Positions 46,202 to 56,530 are shown, numbered from the stretch's first letter. The stretch: 64,000 nt of DNA from a bacterium (GCA_034439755.1 JAWXAZ010000122.1:2117-66116), one strand, 5' to 3'. Notes: generated by a model from the letters alone, not told the origin. Program-made: numbers and translations.

Positions 46202-47015
46202 CTACCTTAAATGGTTAGGGAACCATTTAGTTGCATAAATTTCTCCACCTAAACTTCCTAACAACGTCAACTTATCACCGTTTTGTATATAAGCTCTCAG
46301 GTCCTTGTCCTTTCCGTCATAGTGAATCATATACCCTTTGTTGTCCCAAACGCTACTATCTCCTAAAATGCCAGTAAACCAAATTGGATTGTTATTTAAT
46401 ACCGCATAAACGCTAACAGAGGGCACAGGTTTAGAATCAACATTCCACCTTCGTCCCAACCTACCATCATATTCCCAAAAAGTAGTAGACATGGTATTTC
46501 CAGCAACAGAAACCTTATCATCTTCCTTCCCATTAAACCCTTATCGATACTCACTCGCCTGATAGCTCCTGCCGGGCATTGTGCTACCAAAGACGTAAAT
46601 ATCTGTTGCAGAAATTACTTCTGCCACATAGCCATCAATTAAGCCATCTGCTGCGCTGTTTTGGATATAGTTGCCTGAAGGGTCGGAAGTATAAGCTCCA
46701 TTTTGATAGATATAGCCTCCACCAGCTTGGTAGGTATATTTTTCGTCAATTTCAATTTTAAAATCACTAACTACACTTAACACATTACCCAAATGGTTGC
46801 TAAGCTCATAGCGGCGTACGCCTTTTACGTAGCTTAGCTGCTGGCCACAATTGCTGATATATCCATTGCTATGTAATGCCACTTGTTGGTTCTGCTCGTT
46901 TAGGTGCCATAAAGGTAATAAATTTCCATATCCCTCGGGGCACATTTCTTTGGCACAAGCAGTTTCTTGGTTAGTAAATGGATTAGTTCTGTTTGTTTTA
47001 CTTTCGGCGACAGTA
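46202..47015 (-). pseudogene. Orphan RHS/YD-repeat core C-terminal fragment with unidentified C-terminal tip
   Basis: YELSNHLGNVLSVVSD, DIYVFGSTMPGRSY, YR*GFNGKEDD (in-frame TAA 46541-46543) and EYDGRLGRRWNVD...NNNPI are RHS-associated core motifs. The frame closes upstream at about 47015, so the N-terminal bulk of the protein is absent. Confidence 0.7.
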
Positions 47016-47104
47016 AATTATTTTCTCCCATCAATCTTTGTACTTTCTTTTTGTTTTTGTATTATCCTAATAACATCAGCATGGCACATTCGCTTGTAGC
47101 CACA

Positions 47105-47650
47105 TTACGTGTCTGAATCAGCATTTATTCCTTGCACAACAGACACAACAAACTCGTTACTTAGCTCCTCAATACCCTCATTTAATTGCTGTTTTATAGT
47201 TGTCGATTTCTTGCGGCCTAACCTCTTACCATTGCTCTTATGATGGTATTGATGCTTTGTTACGGAAACTATCTCTAAAGCTCGATTTCTGGTCATACCC
47301 TGCCCAATAAATCGTGTAACTAATTCCTTCTTTTCACTGGCGCATACTTTTTTTTTATCAGTTCATCCTTGAGCTTGCTTTCTAACTCCTTGCTGATTAA
47401 AAGTTTCTTTAATTGCTGATTTTCATTTTGCAAACGCTTGATTTCTTATAGCTGGTTAGGTGTCATTCCATGCCGGAAGCCATCTTCACCCATATTTTCA
47501 TGCTTTAGTTTCCAGATATAACAGGTGGCTGGGTAAAAACCATACTTCTTTAATGCTATGGTAACGCCATTTTATGAGGCCTCTTTCAAAATTTGAAGCT
47601 TCTCCTCTTTACTTTTTCTTTGTGTTTCTGTTGAGATGATTACTCAAATT
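47105..47650 (-). mobile_element. IS3-family insertion sequence remnant (orfA with two nonsense codons, orfB truncated after about 63 codons)
   Basis: The minus strand reads ..RKSKEEKLQILKEAS*NGVTIALKKYGFYPATCYIWKLKH...NQL*EIKRLQNENQQLKKLL.., then an A9 slippery run, then MTRNRALEIVSVTKHQYHHKSNGKRLGRKKS... This ends at 47105 against the RHS fragment. Confidence 0.6.
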
Positions 47651-47818
47651 TAATAATAATCCTGTCCGTTTGTTTAAGGGGGCGTTGCCCTTTCAATAAA
47701 TAATTAGCTATAAACCCAACCTTTTTAATTAGTCTTTCGTATTTGCATAGTATGAGCGTGAATAGGTTCATAAAAGTGAACTAAAACTATATCTGTTTAA
47801 CTTATCAAATATTTGAAA

Positions 47819-50620
47819 ATGAATAGTCGATTTATTTTTTTACTAGCATGTGTTCTTTGTGCATGCAGTTTATCCTATGCTCAACCCACTGCATGGGTTT
47901 CAAAAGGTGTTGGTGGAGGAGGAGCTGTTTATAGACCAAGCATTAGTCCGCATAACGGAAATAACCTATTTCTTGCATGCGACATGTCCCCTATACACCA
48001 ATCTGCTAATTTTGGTCAAACTTGGAGCGTATTCCCTTACTTACAATTGCCTGGCAATAGAAGTACCGAAATGCAATTCACGTCTAATCCAGCTAAATTA
48101 TATGCATTAAAAAAGCCAGCAAATTTTTATTTGCCTAGTAAAAGTTATGATGGTGGCTTAACATGGGTAAATGCTAGTAACCCTTGTATAACAACTGCAA
48201 ACCAATATTATGCAAGTCCATTAGATACCGATTTGGTAATCATTAGTGATGTGAATAAAATATATTTTTCGAACAACGAAAACTCCGCAACTTTTAGCAC
48301 CTTACTTACGTATCCGTTAACTAGTAGTGGACATTTAGCAGGTGTTTTTTTTGAAAATAAAGATACAATTTATGTTTGTTCGCATGACACATTAATCTAT
48401 ACATTCAATGGTGGAAGTACTTGGAACAGCGCCTTTGCAGGAACTCAAGGAATACCTTCGAATGAACATATTGTTAGTTTTAAAGGAGCAAAGCAAGGAA
48501 ACAAATGGGTGTTTTATGCAGTCACTATTATAGCTAATCCTAACTACAAAATATTTAAAACATTCTCGGAAGATTATACCTTATATAAAGGTGTATATAA
48601 GTTAAGTCAAAATCAAAGTCAATGGGTTTCGATAGGCGCTAATTTACCTGCGATTACGGATAAAGTTTATTTGATAGGCTTAGCAGATAAGGATACTTCC
48701 ACTGTGTATTTAGCAGGAAGTTCCAATTCTCTTGGAGTTTCATTAGGAGCAGTCTTTCGGTCAATAAATTCTGGTTCAAGTTTTACCAATATATTTCTTA
48801 CTTCTGGCATGTTTAATTCCAATGCAAATATTACAACTGGTTGGTTAGGAAAACATAGCTTAACCACAGCCAAATTTAGGTGGAATGGCTTAAATTATAT
48901 CTCTGGTTTAGCTGTTGATCCTAACAATGCAGCTCGTGTAGTTTGTTGTGATGGAATGACTATTCATACCAGCTTAGATTTGGGCTCAAATTGGAAACAA
49001 GCCTATACAGATACTATCTATCAAAATCTGCCATCTACCATGCTGCAACAAAGTCAATCCTATAAAACATCTGGTTTAGAAACTACCGCTGCTTATTGGT
49101 TATCATGGATTGGGCCTTTAAATCTTTTTGCTAGCTATAATGATATTTTAGCACGGAAATCGAATGATGGAGGAGCCACCTGGAATTTTAATATCACAGG
49201 CTTAGATTCAATTCGAATCAATGATGTGAATATGACTTTGGTTCATCCGCTAACAAAAAAAATGTATGCTGCTTGTGGCGAAGTTCCTGGCTCAAATGGA
49301 GATTATACCGATGCACGAGCAGGCTTAGTTCCAGGCAGAATAACTGTTTCTTCGGATAGTGGAGCAACTTGGCAAACCTTAAAATCATTTGGTCACTCCG
49401 TAAGTTCGATCTCATTTGACCCAAATTCAACAATTGGGATGTATGCAACAGTAGTTGATATTTTAGGTGGAATAGGTGGTGTATATAAATGTTCCAATAT
49501 TTTAGCCTCGCCAAGTATTTGGGTAAAATTAGCGTCTCCGGCCAGATCAGAAGGTCGTGCCTTGCAAATTACGGCGCTTAAAAATGGCGATTTAATTGTA
49601 GTTTATGGCTCAAGGGATACATCACGAAGCTCTTCTCCGAGTTTCGTATATAGTGCTAGCTCTGGTGCTTTTTATAGCAAAGATGGTGGAATAAGTTGGG
49701 CTGATAGCAACCTCGTTGCCATGAATAAATCAGTAGCAAACATAGAAGTAGATAGAAATGATACCTCGGAAAATACATGGTTAGCCTTTGTAGGAAGTAA
49801 TGGCTCTACGGGCGGGGTTTATCGCACTATAAATAAAGGATTTTCATGGACACCTGTGTATTTTCAAGCCACAATGTCTGGAACCTTTCATCCAACTTTG
49901 AGTAATACCTTATACATCTGTACCGAAAATAATGGATTACTTTATGCAAGCAATACACAAACCAATTCCTTTTCTATTTCAACCATAAATTCCTTTCCTT
50001 TTAAACGGCCACAAAAAGTTTTTTTCAATACGTATAATACAAATGAAGTATGGGTTACTACCTTTGGAAATGGAATTCGTATGGGTCTAAGCAATAGTTT
50101 ACCCGTAAGCTTTTTGTCGTTAAGTGGTGCTTGTAATGCAGAAAATATACACTTAAATTGGCGCACAGCTTCAGAATTTAATAACGCCCATTTTACCATT
50201 GAAAGAAGCACAGATTTATTGCATTGGGAAAGTGTAGGGATGGTATTAGGAAAGAAACAATCCGTTGTAATTCAAAAGTACGAATTCACAGATAGCGTAA
50301 ATTGGAATAAAGTGCAATCTAATGACTTGTATTATCGCATCAAACAAACTGATTTAAACGGTGACTTTGCTTTTTCCCCGACAATAGGATTGGATCCATG
50401 TGCTATGCAAATGGCCCCAATTAGTTTATTTCCAAATCCTGCGAATGATTTAATTCAATTCTCTAAACCAATGTTCGACGTGGAAGTGTATTCCATCCAA
50501 GGACAATTAATGAATCAACTCCTACCCGAAGCCAATGAATTAAGTACACATTCTTATCCAGATGGATTGTATGTATTGAAATCAAGGAATGGGTTTTTAA
50601 AATTTTTGGTCCATCATTAA
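47819..50620 (+). CDS. BNR/Asp-box beta-propeller protein with T9SS C-terminal sorting domain
   Basis: Signal peptide or lipobox present. Nine or more S-x-D-x-G-x-(T/S)-W boxes (SYDGGLTW, FNGGSTW, SLDLGSNW, SNDGGATW, SSDSGATW, SKDGGISW ...). C-terminal LFPNPANDLIQFS...GLYVLKS sorting domain. Confidence 0.8.
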   Translation: MNSRFIFLLACVLCACSLSYAQPTAWVSKGVGGGGAVYRPSISPHNGNNLFLACDMSPIHQSANFGQTWSVFPYLQLPGNRSTEMQFTSNPAKLYALKKPANFYLPSKSYDGGLTWVNASNPCITTANQYYASPLDTDLVIISDVNKIYFSNNENSATFSTLLTYPLTSSGHLAGVFFENKDTIYVCSHDTLIYTFNGGSTWNSAFAGTQGIPSNEHIVSFKGAKQGNKWVFYAVTIIANPNYKIFKTFSEDYTLYKGVYKLSQNQSQWVSIGANLPAITDKVYLIGLADKDTSTVYLAGSSNSLGVSLGAVFRSINSGSSFTNIFLTSGMFNSNANITTGWLGKHSLTTAKFRWNGLNYISGLAVDPNNAARVVCCDGMTIHTSLDLGSNWKQAYTDTIYQNLPSTMLQQSQSYKTSGLETTAAYWLSWIGPLNLFASYNDILARKSNDGGATWNFNITGLDSIRINDVNMTLVHPLTKKMYAACGEVPGSNGDYTDARAGLVPGRITVSSDSGATWQTLKSFGHSVSSISFDPNSTIGMYATVVDILGGIGGVYKCSNILASPSIWVKLASPARSEGRALQITALKNGDLIVVYGSRDTSRSSSPSFVYSASSGAFYSKDGGISWADSNLVAMNKSVANIEVDRNDTSENTWLAFVGSNGSTGGVYRTINKGFSWTPVYFQATMSGTFHPTLSNTLYICTENNGLLYASNTQTNSFSISTINSFPFKRPQKVFFNTYNTNEVWVTTFGNGIRMGLSNSLPVSFLSLSGACNAENIHLNWRTASEFNNAHFTIERSTDLLHWESVGMVLGKKQSVVIQKYEFTDSVNWNKVQSNDLYYRIKQTDLNGDFAFSPTIGLDPCAMQMAPISLFPNPANDLIQFSKPMFDVEVYSIQGQLMNQLLPEANELSTHSYPDGLYVLKSRNGFLKFLVHH

Positions 50621-51186
50621 TGGTATAGCTGAAAACCGCCAGATTTCCCAAAAATTATCCTTTAATGGTGAAATAGTTTACAATTAGTTTTGCGCTAAAA
50701 ATAGTGGAATGAATTAACCTTGTTAAGCGTATTTATTCAAGCAATTGCCTTGTTATAATCGCTTATATAACAACATCTGTCTGACCCGAAATGGGATTAA
50801 ACAAATGAAATTATGAACTCCATACTGATACTGATGAAATAAAAGGAAAAACGGGTTTGTTTCGCAAAATAAAAATGCGTTATTTTTGTTGACGCAATTA
50901 CAATTACCAATTTTTCCAAACGATGGAAAGCTTATATCAGAAACAGTTGGGGTTTATGAAAGTTAATGTTTTTTCTGCTTTCAAATTGCACTAATTTTGG
51001 GGGAGAGGACAAATTGGCGCGTAGCCCTGGGCATTCATTTTCTTGGTTGAAAGAAAAATCCGGTATTTCATATTTATTTTTAATTAGGTTAAAAAGGCTA
51101 GTATTTAAGTCCCCTGATAGTTTGCTAGACCCCTAAAAGGCCCCTACCGCTGTAAAATCAACTAAAACTAAAGAAAATAATTCGAT

Positions 51187-51223
51187 TAAAAACAAAAGAG
51201 CCCCCAATAAATTGGAGGCTCTT
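51187..51223 (-). terminator. Hairpin plus T-run downstream of tRNA-Asn
   Basis: AAGAGCC...GGCTCTT stem with inner CCAAT/ATTGG pairing, followed on the minus strand by TTTGTTTTT. Confidence 0.45.
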
Positions 51224-51254
51224 GTAGACTTTTTCCCACGCATTAAGTGCTTAG

Positions 51255-51328
51255 CTCCCTCTCCTGGACTCGAACCAGGGACCCCATGATTAACAGTCAT
51301 GTGCTCTAACCAGCTGAGCTAAGAAGGA
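51255..51328 (-). tRNA. tRNA-Asn (anticodon GTT)
   Basis: The reverse complement TCCTTCTTAGCTCAGCTGGTTAGAGCACATGACTGTTAATCATGGGGTCCCTGGTTCGAGTCCAGGAGAGGGAG forms a cloverleaf with anticodon stem CATGA/TCATG and loop CTGTTAA. Confidence 0.9.
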
Positions 51329-51415
51329 ATTTATTTCCCTTTCGGGGATGCAATGATAGGAATTGATTTTTAATTTCGCAATATTTGCACCACAAAAAAA
51401 TAAAAAAAATTTTAT

Positions 51416-52354
51416 ATGAGTTTATTAGTCGTTGGTAGTGTGGCGTTTGATGCCATTGAAACACCCTTTGGAAAAACAGATAAAATTGTTGGAGGTGCCG
51501 CTTCTTACATCGCTTTGGCTTCTTCTTACTTCACAAAATCATCAAATTTGGTGGCTGTTGTTGGAGAAGATTTCCCAAATGAATTTGTGCAACACCTAAA
51601 CAACCACGGTGTTAACACCGAAGGTCTGCAAATTAAAAAAGGTGAAAAATCATTCTTCTGGAGTGGAAAGTACCACACAGATATGAATACGCGTGATACT
51701 TTGGTTACCGAACTTAATGTTTTGGGCAATTTTGATCCAATTATTCCTGAAGCATACCAAAATTGCGAGTTTTTAATGTTGGGTAACTTAGCCCCCAAAG
51801 TTCAACAAACTGTGATTGAACGTTTAGCAAAACGTCCGCGCCTAATCGTTATGGATACCATGAATTTCTGGATGGAAATTGCCTTAGACGATTTAAAAGA
51901 AACACTTAAAATGGTAGACGTGCTAACCATCAACGATGAAGAAGCCCGCTTGCTTTCTGGAGAATATTCTTTGGTAAAAGCCGCTGCTAAAATTCAACAA
52001 ATGGGCCCAAAATACTTAATCATCAAAAAAGGTGAAAACGGCGCCCTTCTTTTCCATGGAAAGGAAGTCTTCTTCGCACCAGCCCTTCCACTAGAAGAAG
52101 TATTCGACCCTACAGGAGCTGGAGATACCTTTGCAGGTGGATTTATTGGCTACCTTGCTAAAACAGGCGATATTAGCTTCGAAAACATGAAAAACGCTAT
52201 TATTTATGGTTCTGCCATGGCTTCTTTCTGCGTTGAGCGTTTCGGAACAGAAAGAATCATCAATTTAAGTCGGGAAGAATTAGACCACCGCATCAATCAA
52301 TTCAAAAATTTAGTACGTTTTAACATTGGCGCTAACCTCGCAGAAAGCAACTAA
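51416..52354 (+). CDS. PfkB-family carbohydrate kinase
   Basis: 312 aa. N-terminal GxxxxD motif (VVGSVAFD) and C-terminal DPTGAGDTFAGGF signature. Confidence 0.85.
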   Translation: MSLLVVGSVAFDAIETPFGKTDKIVGGAASYIALASSYFTKSSNLVAVVGEDFPNEFVQHLNNHGVNTEGLQIKKGEKSFFWSGKYHTDMNTRDTLVTELNVLGNFDPIIPEAYQNCEFLMLGNLAPKVQQTVIERLAKRPRLIVMDTMNFWMEIALDDLKETLKMVDVLTINDEEARLLSGEYSLVKAAAKIQQMGPKYLIIKKGENGALLFHGKEVFFAPALPLEEVFDPTGAGDTFAGGFIGYLAKTGDISFENMKNAIIYGSAMASFCVERFGTERIINLSREELDHRINQFKNLVRFNIGANLAESN

Positions 52355-52408
52355 TAAAATTAGGCTCAACCAACTACTTTTGAAATTGGCGCTATCCTGA
52401 TAAAAAAT

Positions 52409-52451
52409 AAAAAAAACAGGCTGATTCTTAATTGAATCAGCCTGTTTTTTT
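52409..52451. terminator. Bidirectional rho-independent terminator
   Basis: Perfect 12-bp stem ACAGGCTGATTC/GAATCAGCCTGT with loop TTAATT, flanked by an A-run and a T-run. Confidence 0.8.
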
Positions 52452-52470
52452 ACGCCTAAACTACCAGAAA

Positions 52471-52914
52471 CTAAAACCTAAACATAGGTGCGCCCCAAGG
52501 AATTCTAGATAGAACCAACACCAAAGCAATGCCAAAAAAGATTAAACTACGCTTGTGCTTGTCGGCATCAGAATAAGCCTTCTTTACCCTAATACGCCCA
52601 ATTTGAATTAGCGCCACAGATATAATCATCATCAGTGGATGCTCAATTAACATAGCGCGAATAGCCGAATCTTTCATAGCCACAGCCATATTAGCCATTG
52701 CATGTTGAATATTCGGACTCACAAACAACAGAATTAAACCAATGAGCAATTGCGAATGCGCCGCAGATAACAAAAGCGTACCAGCCAAATTATCTGGCTT
52801 CGCAAATGGCGTGCCCCCACTTAAGCCACGTGCCGCCTTAAAAATTGCATAAAGCGCCGCAGCCAAAAAAGCCCAACGCAGTAAATTGTGAATAGAAAGT
52901 AATAAATCGTACAT
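52471..52914 (-). CDS. Integral membrane protein (hypothetical)
   Basis: 147 aa with four hydrophobic helices. Confidence 0.55.
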   Translation of the reverse strand: MYDLLLSIHNLLRWAFLAAALYAIFKAARGLSGGTPFAKPDNLAGTLLLSAAHSQLLIGLILLFVSPNIQHAMANMAVAMKDSAIRAMLIEHPLMMIISVALIQIGRIRVKKAYSDADKHKRSLIFFGIALVLVLSRIPWGAPMFRF

Positions 52915-52984
52915 AATGTTTTTTTTTCAAAACTAACTATTCACTAACTTATGTCAAGTTATTTTTTAAAACTACCCCACAAAC

Positions 52985-55039
52985 ATGTCCAGTTTTTGGC
53001 AACAAATGCCTTTTGTGCGCATCCTCCTCCCTTTTATTTTGGGCATTATTGCCTGCAGTAAATTTGCATATAACGGGCTGAACCAATCCATTTTACTAGC
53101 ACTCACAGCCGCCGCCTACCTCCTATTCCATTACCTAAGCAAACATTCATTCAGAGAATATTTGCACGGCATTTGGTTTAGCCTACTCTATTTTTTACTC
53201 GGAATTTTTATCCTTTGCCTCCACCAAGAGAAAGAAAAACTACAACACTTCTCCCAACATAAATCCCAAGCAATTGCGGTTCAAATTACAGAAAAAACTA
53301 CCCAAACAGAAAAAGGTTGGAAGGCCGAAGCACTTGTATTATATGGCATCGACAGCCTTTTAAACACCAAACCCCTGAGAGGAAAAATAGTGTTATACGC
53401 CCAAACTACACCCGGCGACACCCAACCAAGCTATGGCGACCAATTATTAATTAAATCTGGTTTTCAAGAAATATCTCCCAACAAAAATCCCGGTGCCTTT
53501 AACTACCAATTATACCTCCAAAGAAAAGGCATTTTCTACGCAACATACCTGCGCAAAAATCAATACCTAAAACTGCAATCAAACCAAGGAAATACCATCC
53601 TAAAAAAAGTCTATGCCTTTCAATATTTTATTCACCAAGTACTGCAAAATAACCTCCAAAAACCCGGCGAAATTGGCATTGCAGAAGCTTTGCTTTATGG
53701 GTACGACAAAGACATTGAAGACGATATAACCGACGCTTATAGCAAAACCGGAACCTTGCATGTACTGGCAGTAAGCGGCATGCATGTGGGACTCATTTTC
53801 ATGATTCTATCTTGGCTCTTAAAACCCCTAGAAAAACTTAAACGCAGCAAAAAACTCATTCCACTTTTGCAAGTTTTAGGCATTTGGATCTACGCCCTTA
53901 TTTGCGGCTTCTCGCCCTCCATTTTGCGCGCATGTGTAATGTTCACTTTTGTAATTATGGGCAAACAAATTGGCCGCAACAGCAACCCATTCAACAGCCT
54001 CAGCGCCTCGGCATTTCTGCTCTTACTCACCAACCCCAACCTAATTTACAATGTAGGATTTCAACTAAGTTATGCTGCCGTAGGTGGCATTTTAGGCTTC
54101 TACCCATACCTCTATCACCTGTTCAATTTTAAACGATCTATTTTCGACGAAATATGGAAAATATTGGCCGTATCACTCGCCGCACAAACCCTCACCCTCC
54201 CGTTAAGCATCTTCTATTTTCACCAAATTCCCCTCTATTTTTTGCTGGCCAATCTGCTCATCATTCCCCTCACCAGCATTATTATTTATGCCGGCATAAT
54301 CCTCCTAATTATATCGCCATTTCCTTTCCTCGCAAGCCTCCTTGGCAAGCTCATCGCCTGGCTCATTCAACTCACCAACCACATTGCCGTTTTTATAGCA
54401 GACCTACCCTATTCTTACCTCGATCAACTTAATTGGGATACACTGCAACTCCTAGCCTATTACCTCATTTGTATTGGCCTGATCCAATTCCTTTTCCGCA
54501 GAGATATATTTGCCCTAAAAGCCATCTTAGCCATTTTTATATTGCTACAAATACAAAAAGTTTATGTGCAAATTCACTTACAAAAACAATTTGCACTCAC
54601 CATTTATTCCCTGCCAAAAAACTTAGCCATTCAATATCAACATGGCAACCAAGCACAGCTTTGGCAACGAAGCTCAGACAAGCAACAAAAAAACTTTAAG
54701 AACCAAATACAACCCAATCTCTACCTCAAAAACATTGTCTCGGTAGAAACTGAAACCCTAGATACCTTAAACTACCTTTTTGCACCACAACCCGGATTAA
54801 AAATATGCATCCTTCAAAACCGCGGAATGCCCGCAAAGGAAGCGCTCAACATAGTGTTAATATGCGGCAAACATTATGTAAACATTGAAAAATTAATCTC
54901 TTTAAACAGGGTACAAAAAGTGGTTATAAATGGCGATGTGCCCAAAAAGAAATCGGCTGCCATCAAAAAAATTCTGCAAAAACACAAGATACCTTGTCAC
55001 GATGTTACCGAAAATGGTGCCTTTGAAGTATCATTGTAG
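52985..55039 (+). CDS. comEC: ComEC/Rec2-family DNA internalisation channel protein
   Basis: 684 aa and polytopic. Competence-domain motif GTLHVLAVSGMHVG. No C-terminal metallo-beta-lactamase domain is evident. Confidence 0.8.
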   Translation: MSSFWQQMPFVRILLPFILGIIACSKFAYNGLNQSILLALTAAAYLLFHYLSKHSFREYLHGIWFSLLYFLLGIFILCLHQEKEKLQHFSQHKSQAIAVQITEKTTQTEKGWKAEALVLYGIDSLLNTKPLRGKIVLYAQTTPGDTQPSYGDQLLIKSGFQEISPNKNPGAFNYQLYLQRKGIFYATYLRKNQYLKLQSNQGNTILKKVYAFQYFIHQVLQNNLQKPGEIGIAEALLYGYDKDIEDDITDAYSKTGTLHVLAVSGMHVGLIFMILSWLLKPLEKLKRSKKLIPLLQVLGIWIYALICGFSPSILRACVMFTFVIMGKQIGRNSNPFNSLSASAFLLLLTNPNLIYNVGFQLSYAAVGGILGFYPYLYHLFNFKRSIFDEIWKILAVSLAAQTLTLPLSIFYFHQIPLYFLLANLLIIPLTSIIIYAGIILLIISPFPFLASLLGKLIAWLIQLTNHIAVFIADLPYSYLDQLNWDTLQLLAYYLICIGLIQFLFRRDIFALKAILAIFILLQIQKVYVQIHLQKQFALTIYSLPKNLAIQYQHGNQAQLWQRSSDKQQKNFKNQIQPNLYLKNIVSVETETLDTLNYLFAPQPGLKICILQNRGMPAKEALNIVLICGKHYVNIEKLISLNRVQKVVINGDVPKKKSAAIKKILQKHKIPCHDVTENGAFEVSL

Positions 55040-55040
55040 T

Positions 55041-55817
55041 ATGGACGATTTGGTATTATACGAAGTAATAGACCGCGTGGGTTATATTACCTTAAACAGG
55101 CCCCAAAAAAGAAATGCCCTGAGCTACGAGTTTGTGAGCGAAATTCGCAACCAATTAACCTTGGCCGAAAACGACGTTACCTGCAAGGTAATTGTGATTA
55201 AAGCCAATGGCGATGCCTTTTGCAGTGGTGCAGATTTAGCTTCCCTGCAAAAATTACAAAACAATACCTACCATGAAAACTTAGCCGACAGCAAGCATTT
55301 GGCAGCCTTGTATTTGCAAATTTATCAATGCGCAAAAATTGTAATTTCGCGCGTGGAAGGTGCCGCATTTGCTGGAGGCTGCGGCCTAGCTACCATTTGT
55401 GATTTTTGCTTTGCAGACCACAATGCCCGATTTGCTTATACCGAGGTAAAAATTGGCTTTATTCCGGCCATTGTAACCGTATTTTTAATGCGCACGGTGG
55501 GCGAAAAAGTAGCAAAACAAATTCTGTTAACAGGCGATATTTTTGATGCCGAAAGAGCGCTCCAATACCAATTAATTACGCAGGTAATAGATGCCCAAAT
55601 CATTGAAGAAGAAGTGCACCAATTTGCCTTAAGGTTATGCAAAACTACTTCGGCGCAAAGCGTAGATAGCACCAAGAAAATGATTGCCAAAATTCCAGAA
55701 TTATCCCTTGAAGATGCCCTCAACTATGCGGCCGAAATGAACGCCGAAGCAAGGGCTTCCACCGATTGCAAAAAAGGAATTAATGCCTTCTTAAATAAAG
55801 AAAAATTAACATGGTAA
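55041..55817 (+). CDS. Enoyl-CoA hydratase/isomerase (crotonase) family protein
   Basis: ITLNRPQKRNAL, FCSGADL and GAAFAGGCGLA oxyanion-hole motifs. ATG 55041 chosen over the 54930 extension that overlaps comEC. Confidence 0.85.
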   Translation: MDDLVLYEVIDRVGYITLNRPQKRNALSYEFVSEIRNQLTLAENDVTCKVIVIKANGDAFCSGADLASLQKLQNNTYHENLADSKHLAALYLQIYQCAKIVISRVEGAAFAGGCGLATICDFCFADHNARFAYTEVKIGFIPAIVTVFLMRTVGEKVAKQILLTGDIFDAERALQYQLITQVIDAQIIEEEVHQFALRLCKTTSAQSVDSTKKMIAKIPELSLEDALNYAAEMNAEARASTDCKKGINAFLNKEKLTW

Positions 55818-56521
55818 GAAGAATTTATATCACCGCATTTACACTGCTATTAGGACTCAGCGCCATTTCACAAACCATACTTAGCGAGGGCAAGATTTTT
55901 TACGACATTAGCTACTTAAATTTACCAGAAGAAATGAAGCGCAATGAGCATTTAATGCCGCACGATGCCAGCTTCTATTTTAAGAACAATAAAACACGCT
56001 TCGAAATGGGCATTGGTGGCCTAGGAAAAAACACCACCATTTACGACCGGTCACTTAAACAAAATACCATCTTGTTAAACATCAAGGGCAAGAAATTTGC
56101 CATGATTAAATCGGACAGTGAAATGGTGGCGGCACAAAAATCATTGATTTCAAACGATACCAATAACAAATTTTTGCGCTTGGAAATTTTGGATCAGCAC
56201 AAAAAAATTGCAGAAAGAAATTGCCAAAAGGCCATTGTTTACAGAATGCTAAACGGTAAAGAACAAGCCAACGAATGCTGGTTTACCAAAGAAATTCCGC
56301 CTTTTAACACCATCAACGACCCCAACCTAAAAGCGCTCGATGGCTTTCTCATGCAATACACCATTAGCGAAAATGGCATGAGCATGAACATGACCGTAAA
56401 AATGGTGATGCCCATTCCCATTGAGGATGCCAAGTTCGAAATTCCTCTAGGTTACCAAGTGGTTACAGAAAAAGAATTGTACAAACTCCTCTTGGTTTTG
56501 CAATTTGAGGACGAAAAATAA
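55811..56521 (+). CDS. Hypothetical secreted protein
   Basis: 236-aa ORF with signal peptide. Overlaps the previous stop by 7 nt. Confidence 0.5.
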   Translation: MVRRIYITAFTLLLGLSAISQTILSEGKIFYDISYLNLPEEMKRNEHLMPHDASFYFKNNKTRFEMGIGGLGKNTTIYDRSLKQNTILLNIKGKKFAMIKSDSEMVAAQKSLISNDTNNKFLRLEILDQHKKIAERNCQKAIVYRMLNGKEQANECWFTKEIPPFNTINDPNLKALDGFLMQYTISENGMSMNMTVKMVMPIPIEDAKFEIPLGYQVVTEKELYKLLLVLQFEDEK

Positions 56522-56530
56522 TACGTAAAA

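Noticed and set aside
54930-55040. Upstream extension of the enoyl-CoA hydratase ORF to 54930
   Set aside because: The extension overlaps the last 110 nt of comEC and adds a non-homologous Lys/Cys-rich leader. The family-typical N-terminus (MDDLVLYEVIDRVGYITLNRP) begins at ATG 55041.
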